DNA of 62,686 nt, counting the filler, from Circinaria calcarea (Eukaryota): the NCBI GenBank assembly GCA_051942165.1. It is 26 parts of 26 records of this genome, joined end to end, with 100 filler letters (N's around TTAATTAATTAA, not from the genome) between each part and the next. Parts side by side here need not be neighbours in the genome. Positions count along the whole stretch, not along the records: positions 12,132 to 14,455 come from JAVECS010003654.1; positions 14,556 to 16,877 come from JAVECS010003655.1; positions 16,978 to 19,296 come from JAVECS010003656.1; positions 19,397 to 21,713 come from JAVECS010003657.1; positions 21,814 to 24,130 come from JAVECS010003658.1; positions 24,231 to 26,547 come from JAVECS010003659.1; 20 more parts are not named here. One strand, 5' to 3'. Below are positions 13,007 through 25,625 of the stretch, one piece after another. Every line of letters starts with the position of its first letter. Position 1 is the first letter of the stretch. Both the position numbers and the translations under genes were made by a program. The notes under the pieces were generated by a model. That model worked only from the letters and a program-made list of their open reading frames with translations, was not told the origin of the DNA and searched no databases.

Positions 13007-14455
13007 CTACCGGGTGACCTCGAGTTCGCTTGAATAAATACCCTTCTCCTCGTGGACGGCGGAAGCTTTGCGTGCCTCGTCCTGGTGAGTGATATCTCCA
13101 ATTGTACCGTCCTCATCGTGATAGCCAATCTTCGTCTCGCGGAAACCATCCAACTCCTTTGCGCAGACAGTGTTCAGGTAAATAGGGAAAGCAAACGCGA
13201 CGAAGAATCCGATGAGCGGGACTACCATGGCGATATGGTAATTGATATGATCGGCAGCAAGCCCAGTCAATGAAGGGAAAAGCGCACCACCGGAGACCGA
13301 GGCAATGATCCAAGACGACCCGCGCTTGGTGTGACGGCCGAGACCACGGATGGAGAGCGTGAAGATGGTCGGGAAGATGGCGGATTCGAAAAAGAGAACG
13401 AGAGAAAGCATGGCGACCCCAGCCTCCCCTTGAGCACCCATTGCGGCGGCGATGAATATCATGATCATGGTCATGAAGAACATGAGTATCCAGCGGGGCT
13501 TCATGAACATCATGGCACCGGCAGCAGCGAATCGACCGATGGCGAACAGACCTTGGCCAATGGCATATCGATCTGATGCGGCCGCATCGCTGATTCCTGC
13601 ACTCTCGACGGCGTATTTGATAAACTGCGAGGCAACACCGACTTGGGCGCCGACGTAGCAGAACTGAGCGGCGACACCGAAGAAGAGCTTGTACTGCTTG
13701 CGCATGGGCTTGTCAACGTAGCCAGTCAGACCGGCACACTGCTCGGCTTGGAGGGCCATATCGGCATCAGTCACCTCGGGAATCGGGGAGAAAAAGAAGA
13801 CCACAGCCAAGAGGAAGACGAAGGCGGCGATGCCGAGATAGGTCCATTGAACGTTGCGTAGATCTTGCGGGTCTGTATCCTTGAAGAAGACACGCGAAGC
13901 CAAAAGGGGAGCCATTACCGAACCAATGGCCTGGAAGGACTGGGAGAGCTCGAGACGGAACTCGGAGAGTCTTGGGGGACCACACGTTGCGATAAAAGGG
14001 TTCGCGGATGTTTCAAGAGTAGAAAGACCAGAGCCGACGATGAAGAGCGAGCCGCAGAAGCCGCCGAACGATCGGTAAACGGCGGAAGGCCAGAACATGA
14101 GAGAACCGACGCCGTAAATGCAAAGGCCGGTAATGAAGGTCCATCTGTACCCGAATTTGCGCACAATCCAGCCCGAATACGTGAGCGGGCCAACCAGGTA
14201 AGCCCCAAAGTACGCGCCTTGCAGCCCTCCGGCCTTTGCCGCGGTGATGTTCAAAGAATTCTGGAACTTGGCATTGAGGACGTCAAGGAGACCGTATGCA
14301 AAGCCCCACATGAAGAAGAGAATGGTGACGAGCGTGATGGGGAAGATGGATTGCTTGACGGTCAGGGCCGAGGCACCGGTGAGGCCTCTGTTGGACACGC
14401 TCTTGCGGTGCATCTGATTGATAGCATCGACATTGGATGGCCGGCGCTGTTGCAG
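13007..14455 (-). CDS. MFS glucose/galactose or L-fucose:H+ symporter (FHS family), 5' truncated
   Basis: LFFMWGFAYGLLDVLN, GSGLSTLETSANPF, QFCYVGAQV and FESAIFPTIF. The frame stays open to the contig edge. Confidence 0.92.
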   Translation of the reverse strand: MQQRRPSNVDAINQMHRKSVSNRGLTGASALTVKQSIFPITLVTILFFMWGFAYGLLDVLNAKFQNSLNITAAKAGGLQGAYFGAYLVGPLTYSGWIVRKFGYRWTFITGLCIYGVGSLMFWPSAVYRSFGGFCGSLFIVGSGLSTLETSANPFIATCGPPRLSEFRLELSQSFQAIGSVMAPLLASRVFFKDTDPQDLRNVQWTYLGIAAFVFLLAVVFFFSPIPEVTDADMALQAEQCAGLTGYVDKPMRKQYKLFFGVAAQFCYVGAQVGVASQFIKYAVESAGISDAAASDRYAIGQGLFAIGRFAAAGAMMFMKPRWILMFFMTMIMIFIAAAMGAQGEAGVAMLSLVLFFESAIFPTIFTLSIRGLGRHTKRGSSWIIASVSGGALFPSLTGLAADHINYHIAMVVPLIGFFVAFAFPIYLNTVCAKELDGFRETKIGYHDEDGTIGDITHQDEARKASAVHEEKGIYSSELEVTR

Positions 14456-15380
14456 NNNNNNNNNNNNNNNNNNNNNNNNNNNNNNNNNNNNNNNNNNNNT
14501 TAATTAATTAANNNNNNNNNNNNNNNNNNNNNNNNNNNNNNNNNNNNNNNNNNNNCCTCCCTAGTGGAGCCCTCGTGTGTCGAGAGGAAAGCGATAGGGT
14601 AGGCTCTTCTGTCGAGTCCTTGGCCGTCTACCTAACCGAGCAGTCTACGCGTCATGCTCCTGATCCGCAACCAAAGTATCTAAACAGCAGGGGGGACTTC
14701 AATTGACGATCCGCTAACATTCCAACGAGATCTCACCCGTCTCATCTAAGGTCGGTGCGCTCACCAGTCTACCTCAGTCCCGACTGTTAGATTATGGTGT
14801 ATTGGCAACACACTCCCTTGGAATACCTTGGGCTTTTGGCTCCCACGCTGCCAATCTACACACGTGATGCTTACTTACGGAGGACATGTCCGCAATGAGC
14901 GCTCTCGGCCGGACTCGGACACGGCTAACAATACCCGTAAATGCATCATCGTCCCCACGCCAAGGAAATGCATGTCTTGCTAATTGGTCGATAGCCCATG
15001 GTGCAAGTATACGATGATAGTTCGAGACCTCCTTGAGAAATATAACAGTAGCCTCTTCGACAATCAGGCAGCCGCATGGCAAAGTCAAGCCGTGCTGGGG
15101 TAGAGGTCCATGCGCCATAGGTAGACCGAAGATATTCCCCACTTTGAGAGAACACGGGATGTTTTTCCAACCCTTACCGTCTTTTAGGCGGTTACTCTGT
15201 GTGTCGGTTGGGAGGGGGGAAACCCTAAGCTACCGGATCAATCGGCCCGAGATGGCTATCCATTAAAGGAATCACATTTTACTTCGGACGAAGAATCAAT
15301 CACACAGCGCCCTCGGATGTTTTTCCCATTCAACTCTGTCAATCCGTCGTTGACTGGGACTAGTGAGCGGGTGAGTTGAA

Positions 15381-16170
15381 ATGGCACTCAAGAAGAAGGC
15401 TGGGTCCCTTAGGTAAAGATCGAACCCGGGTCAAGCATGCTCCATGAGAGCTAATATGAAAGATACAGCAGTCCTCTTCTCCTTCCCCTTCCACCTTCAT
15501 TTCCCTTCCTACGCTTACCCACCGAAATTCGGTTTATGATTTATGACTTTCTGCTGCCAGACCCAGATCAGACCCCACTCAGTTGTGATATCGGGGAGCC
15601 GTCTCATCTCAAAAAAGTTAGCAAGACTCGCAATGGTGCAGCCATTCGCCCCCAGGAGTTACTGGCTTACGAGCACGATACACCTGAATTTGCGATTGCC
15701 TTTACATGCCAACAGTTATACTCGGAGTCTGCGACGATATGGTATGCCAATATCAATTTTAATTTCCGATCGGCAAAATGGATGGAGGCGTGGATGAAGG
15801 CTATTGGGAACAAGAACCGGAGAGCGGTCCGGTTCATAGGCGTCCATCTGGCCAAGACATATAGCGCAAGAACAGATCCTGATAGCGGCACCACCATGTG
15901 CAATATGTCTATGGTTTCACAGGTTTGAGGTCCTTGGAGCTTCACATCCGGGATAACCACACCAGCCCGGGACGGAAAGGATGGGAGAAAATGTTACGTC
16001 AAACGTGTGAGGAATCCAAGACATTAGACCGTGCAACATTGGTTGGAGGATATAACGGGTGGAAGAAGACACAACTACAGCTGGACCGGGTAACTCATGA
16101 CTGGGTACTCACGGAGGAGTATAACTACTGGGTAGTCGAGGAGGAGCGTAAGCGGTATAAACCCTCTTAG
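15381..16170 (+). pseudogene. F-box-like/DUF7730-type protein with an apparent frameshift near 15900
   Basis: Exon 1 (15381-15412) splices in frame to FPFLRLPTEIRFMIYDFLL and TCQQLYSESATIWYAN. The natural continuation FTGLRSLELHI is in another frame with no clear intron. Confidence 0.55.
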
Positions 16171-16977
16171 CCACCGCTTTTGTTTCGCAAGCATAACGCT
16201 TATTGGACAAGACGTAACCTCCTCTTGGCCAGCTATCGTAATCAACCCTAACTAACCCTTATTCGGAGATTAAAGTAAAAAAGGGTTGGGAAGATTAACT
16301 TGAAGCTACCCTTGAAGGTATTCTGACTTGGACCATGAAATCTATAGTTAAATTAGCTCTAATGCAGGAAGTCCTAACGCTCGACACCAAATACCATACA
16401 GATCTTCGGGTACGAACGCTCACGCTGTCTGGATCATCAAGATCTCTAAACGATTCTTGCCGTGATTCGACCCTTTTCATATCCGACTTGATTTTAATAG
16501 AGCCCTAGTAAGCCGTCAGCTACAGATTGACATGTGCTCCTGGAGAAAGGGGGAATATAATGATAATAAAACCTACTAAAAAAACGCCTGCTATTAATCC
16601 CCACCAATCACCCGCATGTACGACACGCATCATATCCATCCTGCCTCTTTTATAAACCCTCTCGAGCTTGATCCGTCGTGGAAATGTCTTTGCAAACCCG
16701 TGAGCTATATTTCAAAGAAAGACTTTTGTACCCCACAATATCATAACCAGATATTGGGTCATTTCGGTTCCACCAAGACAAGATGAAAAAGCAACCGGAC
16801 GGTTTGTTCCGTAAAGCAAAGGAAAACAGAGAGGAGTTCAATCCAAACCTTTTCCCATCTACCCCATCCAGCAATCCNNNNNNNNNNNNNNNNNNNNNNN
16901 NNNNNNNNNNNNNNNNNNNNNTTAATTAATTAANNNNNNNNNNNNNNNNNNNNNNNNNNNNNNNNNNNNNNNNNNNN

Positions 16978-17854
16978 CCAAGCTCGCCGTGAAGAGTATG
17001 AGAAGGAACATGATCCGGCATTGGGCTTACTCATCGCCAAGCGCAAACGGGCGGAACTGGTCTTAGCTACCTTCCCTTCCACCATCGGAAACCAAAGCGA
17101 CCCCATTGCCATTGATGAGGGCGCCGACAACGGAGCCGACGGTAACGGGCGCAAAAAGAAGAGATCGCGCGTCCCCACGCACATGAGACGGGCGCGGAAG
17201 CGAAAGAACCGTACAGGTGTGCCGGATGATGACAGCAGTTCAGGTGACACGACCAGCAGTGACGAGGAAACCTTAAAGGCTCCACAGGCAAGCAGCTCCC
17301 ACGAGACTCCAGGGAAAGGGGGGAAAGTAGACGGCGACACGACTTCGAGCTCCGGGACTTCGTCGAACGATGACGACGACGCCAGCAGCAACAACTCAAA
17401 CAACAAGGAAGACTTGGACGCAGAAGAAAGCTCGGAGGAGGAGAGTAGCTCAGATGAAGATGCCAAGCAGGGCCACCCGGTTGGAAAAGCAGCTCTGAAA
17501 CCCGTTGCGGGTGCTGAACTACTGGGAGAAGATAATACGGATTATGAAGACGATACAGACGATGATGAAGACGAAGACGACGACGAAGAAGATGATGATT
17601 ATGATGATGATGAAGAAGCCGGTACAGCCCGCCCAGCATACGCCAAACATGCCAAACCCGCCGCCCACGCCTCAAGCCCGACACCCGGCCCCTCGAGCTC
17701 CGAGAAAGACAGGAGCTCCGATGAAGACTACCAGGCCCCCGCGCAATCCAAGTCCAGATCCAAGGTCCAGAAAGGCAAAGGCAAAGGTAAAGCTACGGTC
17801 ACGGCCATGGTCAAAGGCAAAGCCAAAGCCACGGCTCCGATGCATCGGAAGTAA
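16978..17854 (+). CDS. Hypothetical low-complexity acidic/basic (probably nuclear) protein, C-terminal part
   Basis: About 290-codon frame with poly-D/E tracts, RKKKR NLS-like motifs and KGKGKGKA repeats. Confidence 0.6.
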
Positions 17855-18515
17855 AAAGGGCTATCTATGAAAGATACGACAGGACCGTTCATACTTGAGA
17901 ACTGCAAATTCAATTGCAACTGCAACTGCAACTGCTTGATAAATTGGCCGGATTGGGAAAGAAGAGAACAGACTACGCTAAATGAGAATGGAATTGGGGG
18001 GAGGGGGCACATTTTCGAGTTCAACAGAGCGCTCGCTGTGCTTTTGCTTTTGCTTTGCTTTTGTCTCCGTTAGCAACTGAGCGAAACATGGACTGCCGGA
18101 AAAAGCAGAAAGCAAAAAAGCTTCCCGGTTTTTTCTACTTTTCTACCACGGAGTTCTCGTTCTTGTTGGTTGGAATGCCGTGAGAGTGAGAGTGAGAGCG
18201 GCAACCCGGAGGGAGGGGGGGTTACAGTTTGCAGTTTGCAGTTTGCAGCTGCATTTGTTTGTAGTCGCAGTTGCCAGTTGAACCAGCTAAGGGAAATTCA
18301 CAAGGAGATTTTTAACAACACTGTAGAAAGAAACCTGGCAAAATCCCAATTCCTTAACGTGCGTGGTCTTCAAAAATGGATAGGTTGAAAACGCCGGTTG
18401 ATTTTGAACCTGATTTTGGGCCCCCCGGGGGGGGGAATGTATATCATCAGCCATCGAGCTTGTGCCGTGACTTAGCCTGCCCCCCTCGAAAAATCCTATG
18501 AAAAATTTGCCCTCC

Positions 18516-19296
18516 TTACTTCCTCCTGTGTCCCTCATTCCCCCTTTCTGCCCCCTTTCCTTTCTCGGTCCTCTCCTTCTCCTTGCGCCTCTCGCTTTCC
18601 TTACTCCTCTCGCTTTCCCCACTCCTCTCCGTCACCGCAGTCGCCATACTCATCACCGACGGCGCCCTCTCCGTTTGCGTCCCGCTCTCCGTCGGCCCGG
18701 CCGCCGGATTCATCTCCGACGGCGCCTTCTTCTCCCGTCCCCCCTGCACCTTCCTCTTGCGCGGATGATAGACATCGTTGAAATTCATCACCACGCCCAG
18801 AAACTTCATGCCCATATCCGGCTGCGCCAGCAAGTCTCCCAGCAGCGTATTGAGCCTATTTTTGAAATCGCCCGAGAGGTCATGGAGCCGTTGGCGGAGG
18901 GACGGGAGCATGTGGTCGTCCCCCGTGAGTGGGCTGTGGGGAATCGGACTGTCGGTGTCCCGAACGGAACGTTTGCCCTTGGCGACACGATCGCCCGGTA
19001 ATGGCGAGCTGAACTCGTCTTCGTCTTTTTCGGTGGTGCCCCATTTCCCTTGGGCGGTTCGCGTCTCGATCTTGGCAGCAAACTCTGGGCGGCTGGTGAG
19101 TTCGGCGACGGAGAAGGAGTAGAGGCCATCCACGGCGTCTTTGTAGGCCAGCATACCTTTGAGGATGTAATGGAGCTGGCTGGTGAAGCTGTCTTCACGA
19201 GTCTCGGTGATGCTGGACGTGCTGGAGCCGAGGAGCCCCTTGCACATGATGTCCTCAAGGTATTTCGTGTGCGCGCCGATCAAGTCGTCGAGCGTG
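18516..19296 (-). CDS. SPC98: Gamma-tubulin complex component GCP3 (Spc98/Alp6), C-terminal part
   Basis: TLDDLIGAHTKYL..I..KGLLG, LKGMLAYKDAVDGLY and LLGDL..QPD..MKFLGVVMNFNDVY match the fungal GCP3 C-terminus. Confidence 0.8.
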
Positions 19297-19429
19297 NNNN
19301 NNNNNNNNNNNNNNNNNNNNNNNNNNNNNNNNNNNNNNNNTTAATTAATTAANNNNNNNNNNNNNNNNNNNNNNNNNNNNNNNNNNNNNNNNNNNNCAAT
19401 ATACCCCTCGGCACCTCCCCCGTCACATC

Positions 19430-20868
19430 CTTGCTCGCCCATCCTTCCCTCCTAACCTCCGCGACATCACCGCCTCCCCGTCTTCCCAATCACTATAGCA
19501 ATACCAGGACTCATACCACAGAATCCCCAGCACAACACTGTATCTCTTGACGAGCTCCCACATCATCCGCGTGTGCACCTGCTGCTGGGGCACTTGGGCG
19601 GCGGTGAAACTCGTGGCATACTTGACTCCCAGGGCTGTAACTTGTATTGCCCTCTGAAGGGGCCGTTGGTTTATTTACCTGCTGTTTCGGCGTAGCCTTG
19701 GAGTTGGCTTAGGGTGTCGTTAAAACGGTGAAGGGTTGCAGCTTGGCTGGCCGTGGAGTTGATATCGGTTCGCGTCATGGGGTTCGGGTAGAGGGAGAAT
19801 CCCATGGTGGTAAGGGTGTCGGCGACGTCTTGGGACAGCAGGTTGGAACGGATAACGGAGGTGAGGTTGCATGTGGTACCTGATAGGGTCTTAAGCCAAG
19901 TCTGACTGCGAGGGGCTGGACCGTAAACAATTGCTTCTTTGTTGAACGTATTGGCCGTCGCTATGGAGTCCGTAGCTTACGATGGCGTTATAGAATTCAG
20001 CGGCTTTGATGGCTTCATCGCATGCTTGCACTTCTCTCTTGTAGAAGCCTGCCAGTAAAGGAAACGAGGCTAGGTTACCGTGAGGTAGTTGTCTGCAGAA
20101 TTCTTTTTCGGTTGCAGAGGCACTAGTCTTTGCATTAGCCACACCTCGGACGTGACTGGTCGAGATTTTAGTAAAGAAACCCGAAGTACCCTCATTTTCG
20201 AGGAGAATGATATCGGGAACAATTCTAACATCGAGAAAAGGTTATAACTGGTGCTTGGTGTTCTTTTGCACAGCTAGAAGCATTTCGTGGTATGTATATT
20301 TTCCCCATTCTCTAGGAATGATCAGACCTTGGTTGATCGTGAGTTGAGACTTCATTCCCAAGGCAATAGCTTACTGGGCCGCTCTACCTTGAGATCGATA
20401 CAGCCAAAGTCAAGCTGAAATAGCAGCTCTTGTCCTGTGGGATTATGTGCATTGTCGAATATCGTGGGACCTAGGCACCAACGAGGAAAGGTCTCTACCG
20501 AAAAGCGTTGAGGCCCGCATCTACTAAGGTCTTGATTGAATCCTTTTTCGTCGTTGCGTTATAGTCGTAGAAGATTCGACCAAGAATTGTTTCTGCACGT
20601 AGCACTGTCTCAAGAGTGGCTCCAGCCTAGAAGGCTGGTGATTGGACAGCATCGGAAACATCTTTCTTCGTAGTATGTTGCGTCGAAGTAGACTCTTCGT
20701 AGCTGCTATCTGATTGCTCTCAAACTTTAGTAATAAGTCAGTCTTCTATCACTTGAAGTTACAGGTTCGAAGAATCAGCATACCTTACGAATCGACAGGA
20801 AGAGCCAGAGAACACCGAAAGTACAAAGGTATACGCCTAAGAGAATGTAGATACAAGGAGGCCTTCAT
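19430..20868 (-). pseudogene. GH53-like arabinogalactan endo-beta-1,4-galactanase pseudogene
   Basis: Manual translation: ATG at 20868 then a GTAAG intron; AF*AGATLETVLRAE..GRIFYDYNATTKKDSIKTLVDAGLNAFR, IVPDIILLENEG, YGLHSDGQY, MGFSLYP and LGILWYESW. Several stops and frameshifts. Confidence 0.65.
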
Positions 20869-21423
20869 GTCGAATTGATCTTAAAAAACGAACAAACAAT
20901 GATGTTTTATACAGAATAAAAGAATGTACAGAAGATTCAGGATGCTCATTCAAGGAAAGACTGGCTGTCAAGCCTTTGTCGCCGGCGCAAGCACTTTTGA
21001 CCATCGTGACGGCACGGGATAAACGGGACCAAAACTATTTCCCTTTCTAAGATATCTATTATAGAATATCGTAAGGCCTCTAGGATCACCTTACTGTCGT
21101 TCGAGCAGCTCAAATAAAGAAAGATTGCGATTGTTTCAAAAGTCACGGGTCAAAACGAGAGGAGCGCCGCCTTGTCCGAGTACCTTGCAAAGTCAATCTG
21201 AACCTAAATTCCAATGCATAGAAAAACCATTTGCTCCTGTCATTGCAGACGATGCCCTTACCTGTGCTCATAATATACCAAAGTCGGTGGATGTATCGTG
21301 TGCTGAGATAACCCGAGCTATCCCCAATCGGGACATCTATCATAAAAACCAAACGAACTCGAGGTTAAACGCGAGCACTAACCGAGTAGCAAAAGACTCT
21401 CGACGAGCCAGCTGCTTTACACC

Positions 21424-21707
21424 ATGGCTCAACCACGCATACCTTTACTGCTCGTAACGGCAAACACCAGATGCGGTGAGAGAGTCATACGCCGATACTC
21501 CCCTCGACAACAGCATCGTCAAGCATCCGATCTCTCCCCCGAAAAAGGAACCACCACCACTGCTCCTACTACACCACCCGTCCGATCCCGCAGACCCTAC
21601 AGCCCATTCACGTCCTTCCGCACGCCTCCTCCCTCCCCGGAAACCATTCAATCATTCGACCCCGCCCAACGTGCCCGCCTTCGCACCAAACAACTCCCTC
21701 CCAGTCG
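21424..21707 (+). CDS. First exon of a probable mitochondrial protein, possibly mitoribosomal uL5m/MrpL7
   Basis: Arg/Ser-rich presequence-like N-terminus ending FDPAQRARLRTKQLPPSR, followed by a GTAAAT donor at the contig end. Family assignment is from recall only. Confidence 0.35.
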
Positions 21708-22914
21708 GTAAATNNNNNNNNNNNNNNNNNNNNNNNNNNNNNNNNNNNNNNNNNNNNTTAATTAATTAANNNNNNNNNNNNNNNNNNNNNNNNNNNNNNN
21801 NNNNNNNNNNNNNGCTCATCTTTAGCCGAAGGGATTCGAGAGTTCAAATTATACCGCTCTGGGGAATTTTCAGCGGATGCATGCATCATGCGGTCAGCCA
21901 AATCCGATAGGTCGCCTCCATGTCCCCGCATGGCTGCAGCATAATCTGCAGAGCCCCTACACAATTCCTACTCGTCAGAAGTCCCAATTCACATGATCTA
22001 CCCTGAAGCGAGCTGTCTGGTGAATGCGAACAGGTTCCCGTTGTGCTCTTTGTGACTGGTTCATCTCCATCGAAGACACCCCCCTCCCTTTGGCTGCATG
22101 ACAGAGAAGGTACAGTGTACAGATGATTTCCCTTGCATTGCGCAGGAAAAAGAAAACCCCTCCCGCCTCCCACTAATGTGTACGTACACGTAATGAGCGA
22201 CGGCTTTTCTGAAGACGTGTGGTCTGGCCTGTTCGGGAGGATCGAGCACAGCTGCAATACTACTGCGGGTGGGATGCATTCTTCATGTGATGCGCGAGCG
22301 ACGCAAGTAAGGATTCAATGGGCGGAAGAAAAAGAGACCAATCGCCGGTGGCCTTGTGCCTCTTCAATTCTGTCAAACTCACCGAGGTGGTCAACAGTAC
22401 GGCACCGAGCTGGTTGCAGGTCGTGTTTCCCGCCTCGGATCGGGGCTGTTTCATGATGGACTCCAGTTGCCGAGGTTCTTAGGGTTTCGGTTCCCGTCTT
22501 GGTATGGTTCGTATTCCTAAGGCGGGAGGACTCACGGACTCAATTGCCGACCGACGGTCCTGACAGAGTGGCGGGGAGGTGTCAGGAGGGGAAGAAAGGG
22601 AAAAGGGAGGATGTAACGGGCAATGGGGGAGGGATAAAGCGTGATAGGGCTGATTGGACGGTGGGCAAGGGTTCTGTTGTGCTAACTGCTAGCTGCTAGC
22701 GGCCAGCTCGGCCGTTGCCGATGGCGATCGTCGTCAATTCGGTTACTTGTAGATAGCAGCTCCGCATTGCGTGGAGATAGAGAGCTCAGGTACCTTAGGT
22801 AGCAACAACACATCAATCTTCCCGCCGGCCCCCCTCCCTTAAAGTCCCCTCTCTGCCAGTCGCCTGACGCCGTTTGTGGTGAGCAGCGATCCATTTGGAC
22901 CTGATGATCCAATC

Positions 22915-24089
22915 ATGGAGGGATGTGCCAGTCTCCATGGTATGTCTGTCCTCAGCACCTTTCTTCTCCGACCCTCGCGTAACTGTCACTGACACTGAAC
23001 CAAGATTCTTTGATTCCATCTAGTGCTCGACCTACCTCCGCTCTACACCCGTCCGTCTGCGGCAAAGCTGCTCGATGTCCTTGAGCGATTGGCCCTCAGG
23101 CTCGGGAGCTTCGATGGTAACTGTGCTGGAGACGGGCATGGATTATCGCCAGTGGTTGGGAACGGAGATGGTATACCGAGATACTTGACCGGTATCGTCG
23201 GCAGTCGATTGGCATGGATTGAGGCCGACGAGGCGAAAGAACGGATCTGGGAAGCTGCGAGTATGAGGTTGAGTGAACGATCGGGCAGGAATGGTACGCT
23301 GCACTTTGTTTGCTCCCCGGAACACGTGCCGGCTGCGACAGAGAAGTTGACACGCGCTGTGATGTTACAGCGATGCCAACATCCTCTCGCACCTTTCAGA
23401 TTCCTACCACCAACAACCCTTTATCCTCGACGATCTCCATCAATCTTCAAGAACCATCCCTCACCTCTGACAACCTCGGGCATAAAACTTGGGCGGCATC
23501 TTACCTCCTCGCGAAACGTCTTGCCCATTTCATTCCTGTACTCCCCACTCTCCCACCGTTCAAACCCCCTTGCACCAATACCGGTCAAGATGGAAAAACA
23601 ACCTCGGTCTCGGAGCCGCGCATCCTAGAACTCGGTGCAGGCACAGGTCTCGTCGGCATCGCCGCAGCCTCCATTTTCGCCGTTCACGTGGACCTGACGG
23701 ACCTCGCAGAAATCTGCCCCAACCTCTCCCGCAACATCATCTCCAACGCCCCGATCATCTCCTCAAACGGCGGCTCTGCGACTTCCTTTCCTCTCGACTG
23801 GTCCACCGTTCCCCCTTCCGAGTCTGTACCGCTGAACGAAAAGTACGATATCATCCTCACCTCCGATCCTCTTTACTCGCCCTCTCATCCGAAAATGCTG
23901 GTCGATGCCATCGGCACGTATCTGAAAGAGGAAGGGTACGCAAGGGTGATTGTGGAATTACCGCTACGGGAGGCGTATCAACCTGAAATCGATGATTTTC
24001 AAACCAGGATGGGAGGAATAGGACTGAGGATTTTGCACGAGGGAGAGGAAGTCGGGTATGATGACTGGGGCGACGGGAAGCAGGAAGTT
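22915..24089 (+). CDS. Family-16 protein-lysine N-methyltransferase (Rrg1/Efm2-like); introns 22940-23023 and 23294-23370; 3' end corrupted by fold-back
   Basis: VLDLPPLYTRPS, IWEAASMRLSERSGR, LQEPSLTSDNLGHKTWAASYLLA, ILELGAGTGLVG, LTDL and DPLYS. Confidence 0.88.
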
Positions 24090-24130
24090 CTGCTTCCCGT
24101 CGCCCCAGTCATCATACCCGACTTCCTCTC
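24043..24130. repeat. Perfect 41-bp fold-back at contig end (likely chimeric read or assembly artefact)
   Basis: 24090-24130 is the exact reverse complement of 24043-24083, with a 6-nt loop GAAGTT. Confidence 0.9.
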
Positions 24131-24808
24131 NNNNNNNNNNNNNNNNNNNNNNNNNNNNNNNNNNNNNNNNNNNNTTAATTAATTAANNNNNNNNNNNNNN
24201 NNNNNNNNNNNNNNNNNNNNNNNNNNNNNNGGGTTGTTGCTGGGGTGAGGCGGAGGGGGAAGAAGAGGAGGGATCTCGTGTGTCGGCTGTCATTATTGTG
24301 GGTTATTAGGGAGAGGGGAGGTGCGGGTTCGGGATTTCTTGGTTTTTGTGAAATACTGGAGAGACTGGAAACGGATTAGCGCGGCTGGGGTGCAGCAGTG
24401 CGGATTGGTCCTTGACCGCGGATTTTTGTATTTTCGAGCAGCGTTTGAAATCCATACGGAGTTAAAAAAATTCGTCTGCCAAATTACCATATAAGCTCTC
24501 AGAAATCTCCTTGTTCTACGTAGTAGGAGTCCCCCAAATTGTTGTCTGCGTAAATATCCCCGAGGTCATTAGTTGTCAACACTAATGGAAACCAGAGCAA
24601 TTGATTTATTAATCAAGAAAGAGACCTAGCTGTCTCATCAGTTACGGTAGGCTTACTTGGGATCCACATTGAGTTACGGGATTCAGACTGTGAAGCCCGA
24701 ATCAACAGGTGTTCTGTTGTTTTTCTGTGGCCTCTCTACGCCATTGTCTTCTTGCACATCAAATCTCTAGGGGAAATAGGCCAGCCACATTATCCTTCTA
24801 CGAGTACT

Positions 24809-25625
24809 ATGAACCAAAAGTCCACCTTCTCGGCTATCACGTTTGATTCGTGACTGCTTTTTCAATCTTGTGCTCGGTGGTCACTTCATCCATGTCCACC
24901 GCATAGCTGATTCTGCAGAGTCTGGCTTAACACCCTTTCGCTCTTTATGCACTTTGTCAATCACAAAAATGGAGGCTTTTAAAAATCTCCTGGTCAGGGA
25001 TACTCCGGCTCGTTATGTCCATCGTCACCTGGATTGTGCTATTTGTACCAATCCGAAACTAGAGCTGGCACTACTAAGAACATGCCAGCGGATCTATCCA
25101 GTGGCGAGGTCAATACCGCTTGGAGGGAATACATTCGTCTTTCGTGAACTCCTTTACCTTTCTGCGTTTTGAACATCATTCCCACCACGAACCGAGTCTT
25201 GATCAAGGGTATACACCTATGGATAGGATGAGACAATGCTGACTCGGTTGGGAAACCACCACCAGAACTCCTGCGAAGCCTGGAGGGATTGTGGTCAGTG
25301 TACCTTGGCGTGTTTTTATATTCGAAGAGCAGGTACCCATGGTCCCTATCTAGGCAGCTTTATGATCAGGTGACTGAGGCTCCTACTTAGCTTGCGAGCC
25401 CTGCCTTTACAAGATGTCTATGTGGAGGTTAGTGCGGGCGGGACGTTGGTACCCAAGGATGAAGAGTGGAGCACCGTCGAGAAGAGGCAATGGGCATCGA
25501 GGGATCTCAATCACTCAATCAGATTGACACCGACACTAATGCCGTTGATGAAAGCTGGCTACCAGGCAGGAAGGGAGCGATCATCTAAAATAACATCTGA
25601 GTACGTCACTCGTGGTCATCTCTAG
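24809..25625 (+). pseudogene. DUF7730-like pseudogene
   Basis: Fragments IRDCFFNLVLGGHFIHV, LALLRTCQRIY..A......NTFVF, LRALPLQDVYV and WSTVEKRQWA are separated by stops and frameshifts. Confidence 0.6.

Noticed and set aside
13052..14503. Long plus-strand ORFs overlapping the sugar permease (similar cases in MMSDH, SEC27, GCP3, SFC1)
   Set aside because: Antisense or alternate-frame shadows of codon-biased real genes.
17910..18250. TGCAAC, TTTGC, GAGAGT and AGTTTGC short repeats
   Set aside because: Ordinary microsatellites between convergent genes.
21814..21931. Possible first exon MRGHGGDLSDLADRMM running into the contig edge
   Set aside because: Under 40 codons and no family recognised.
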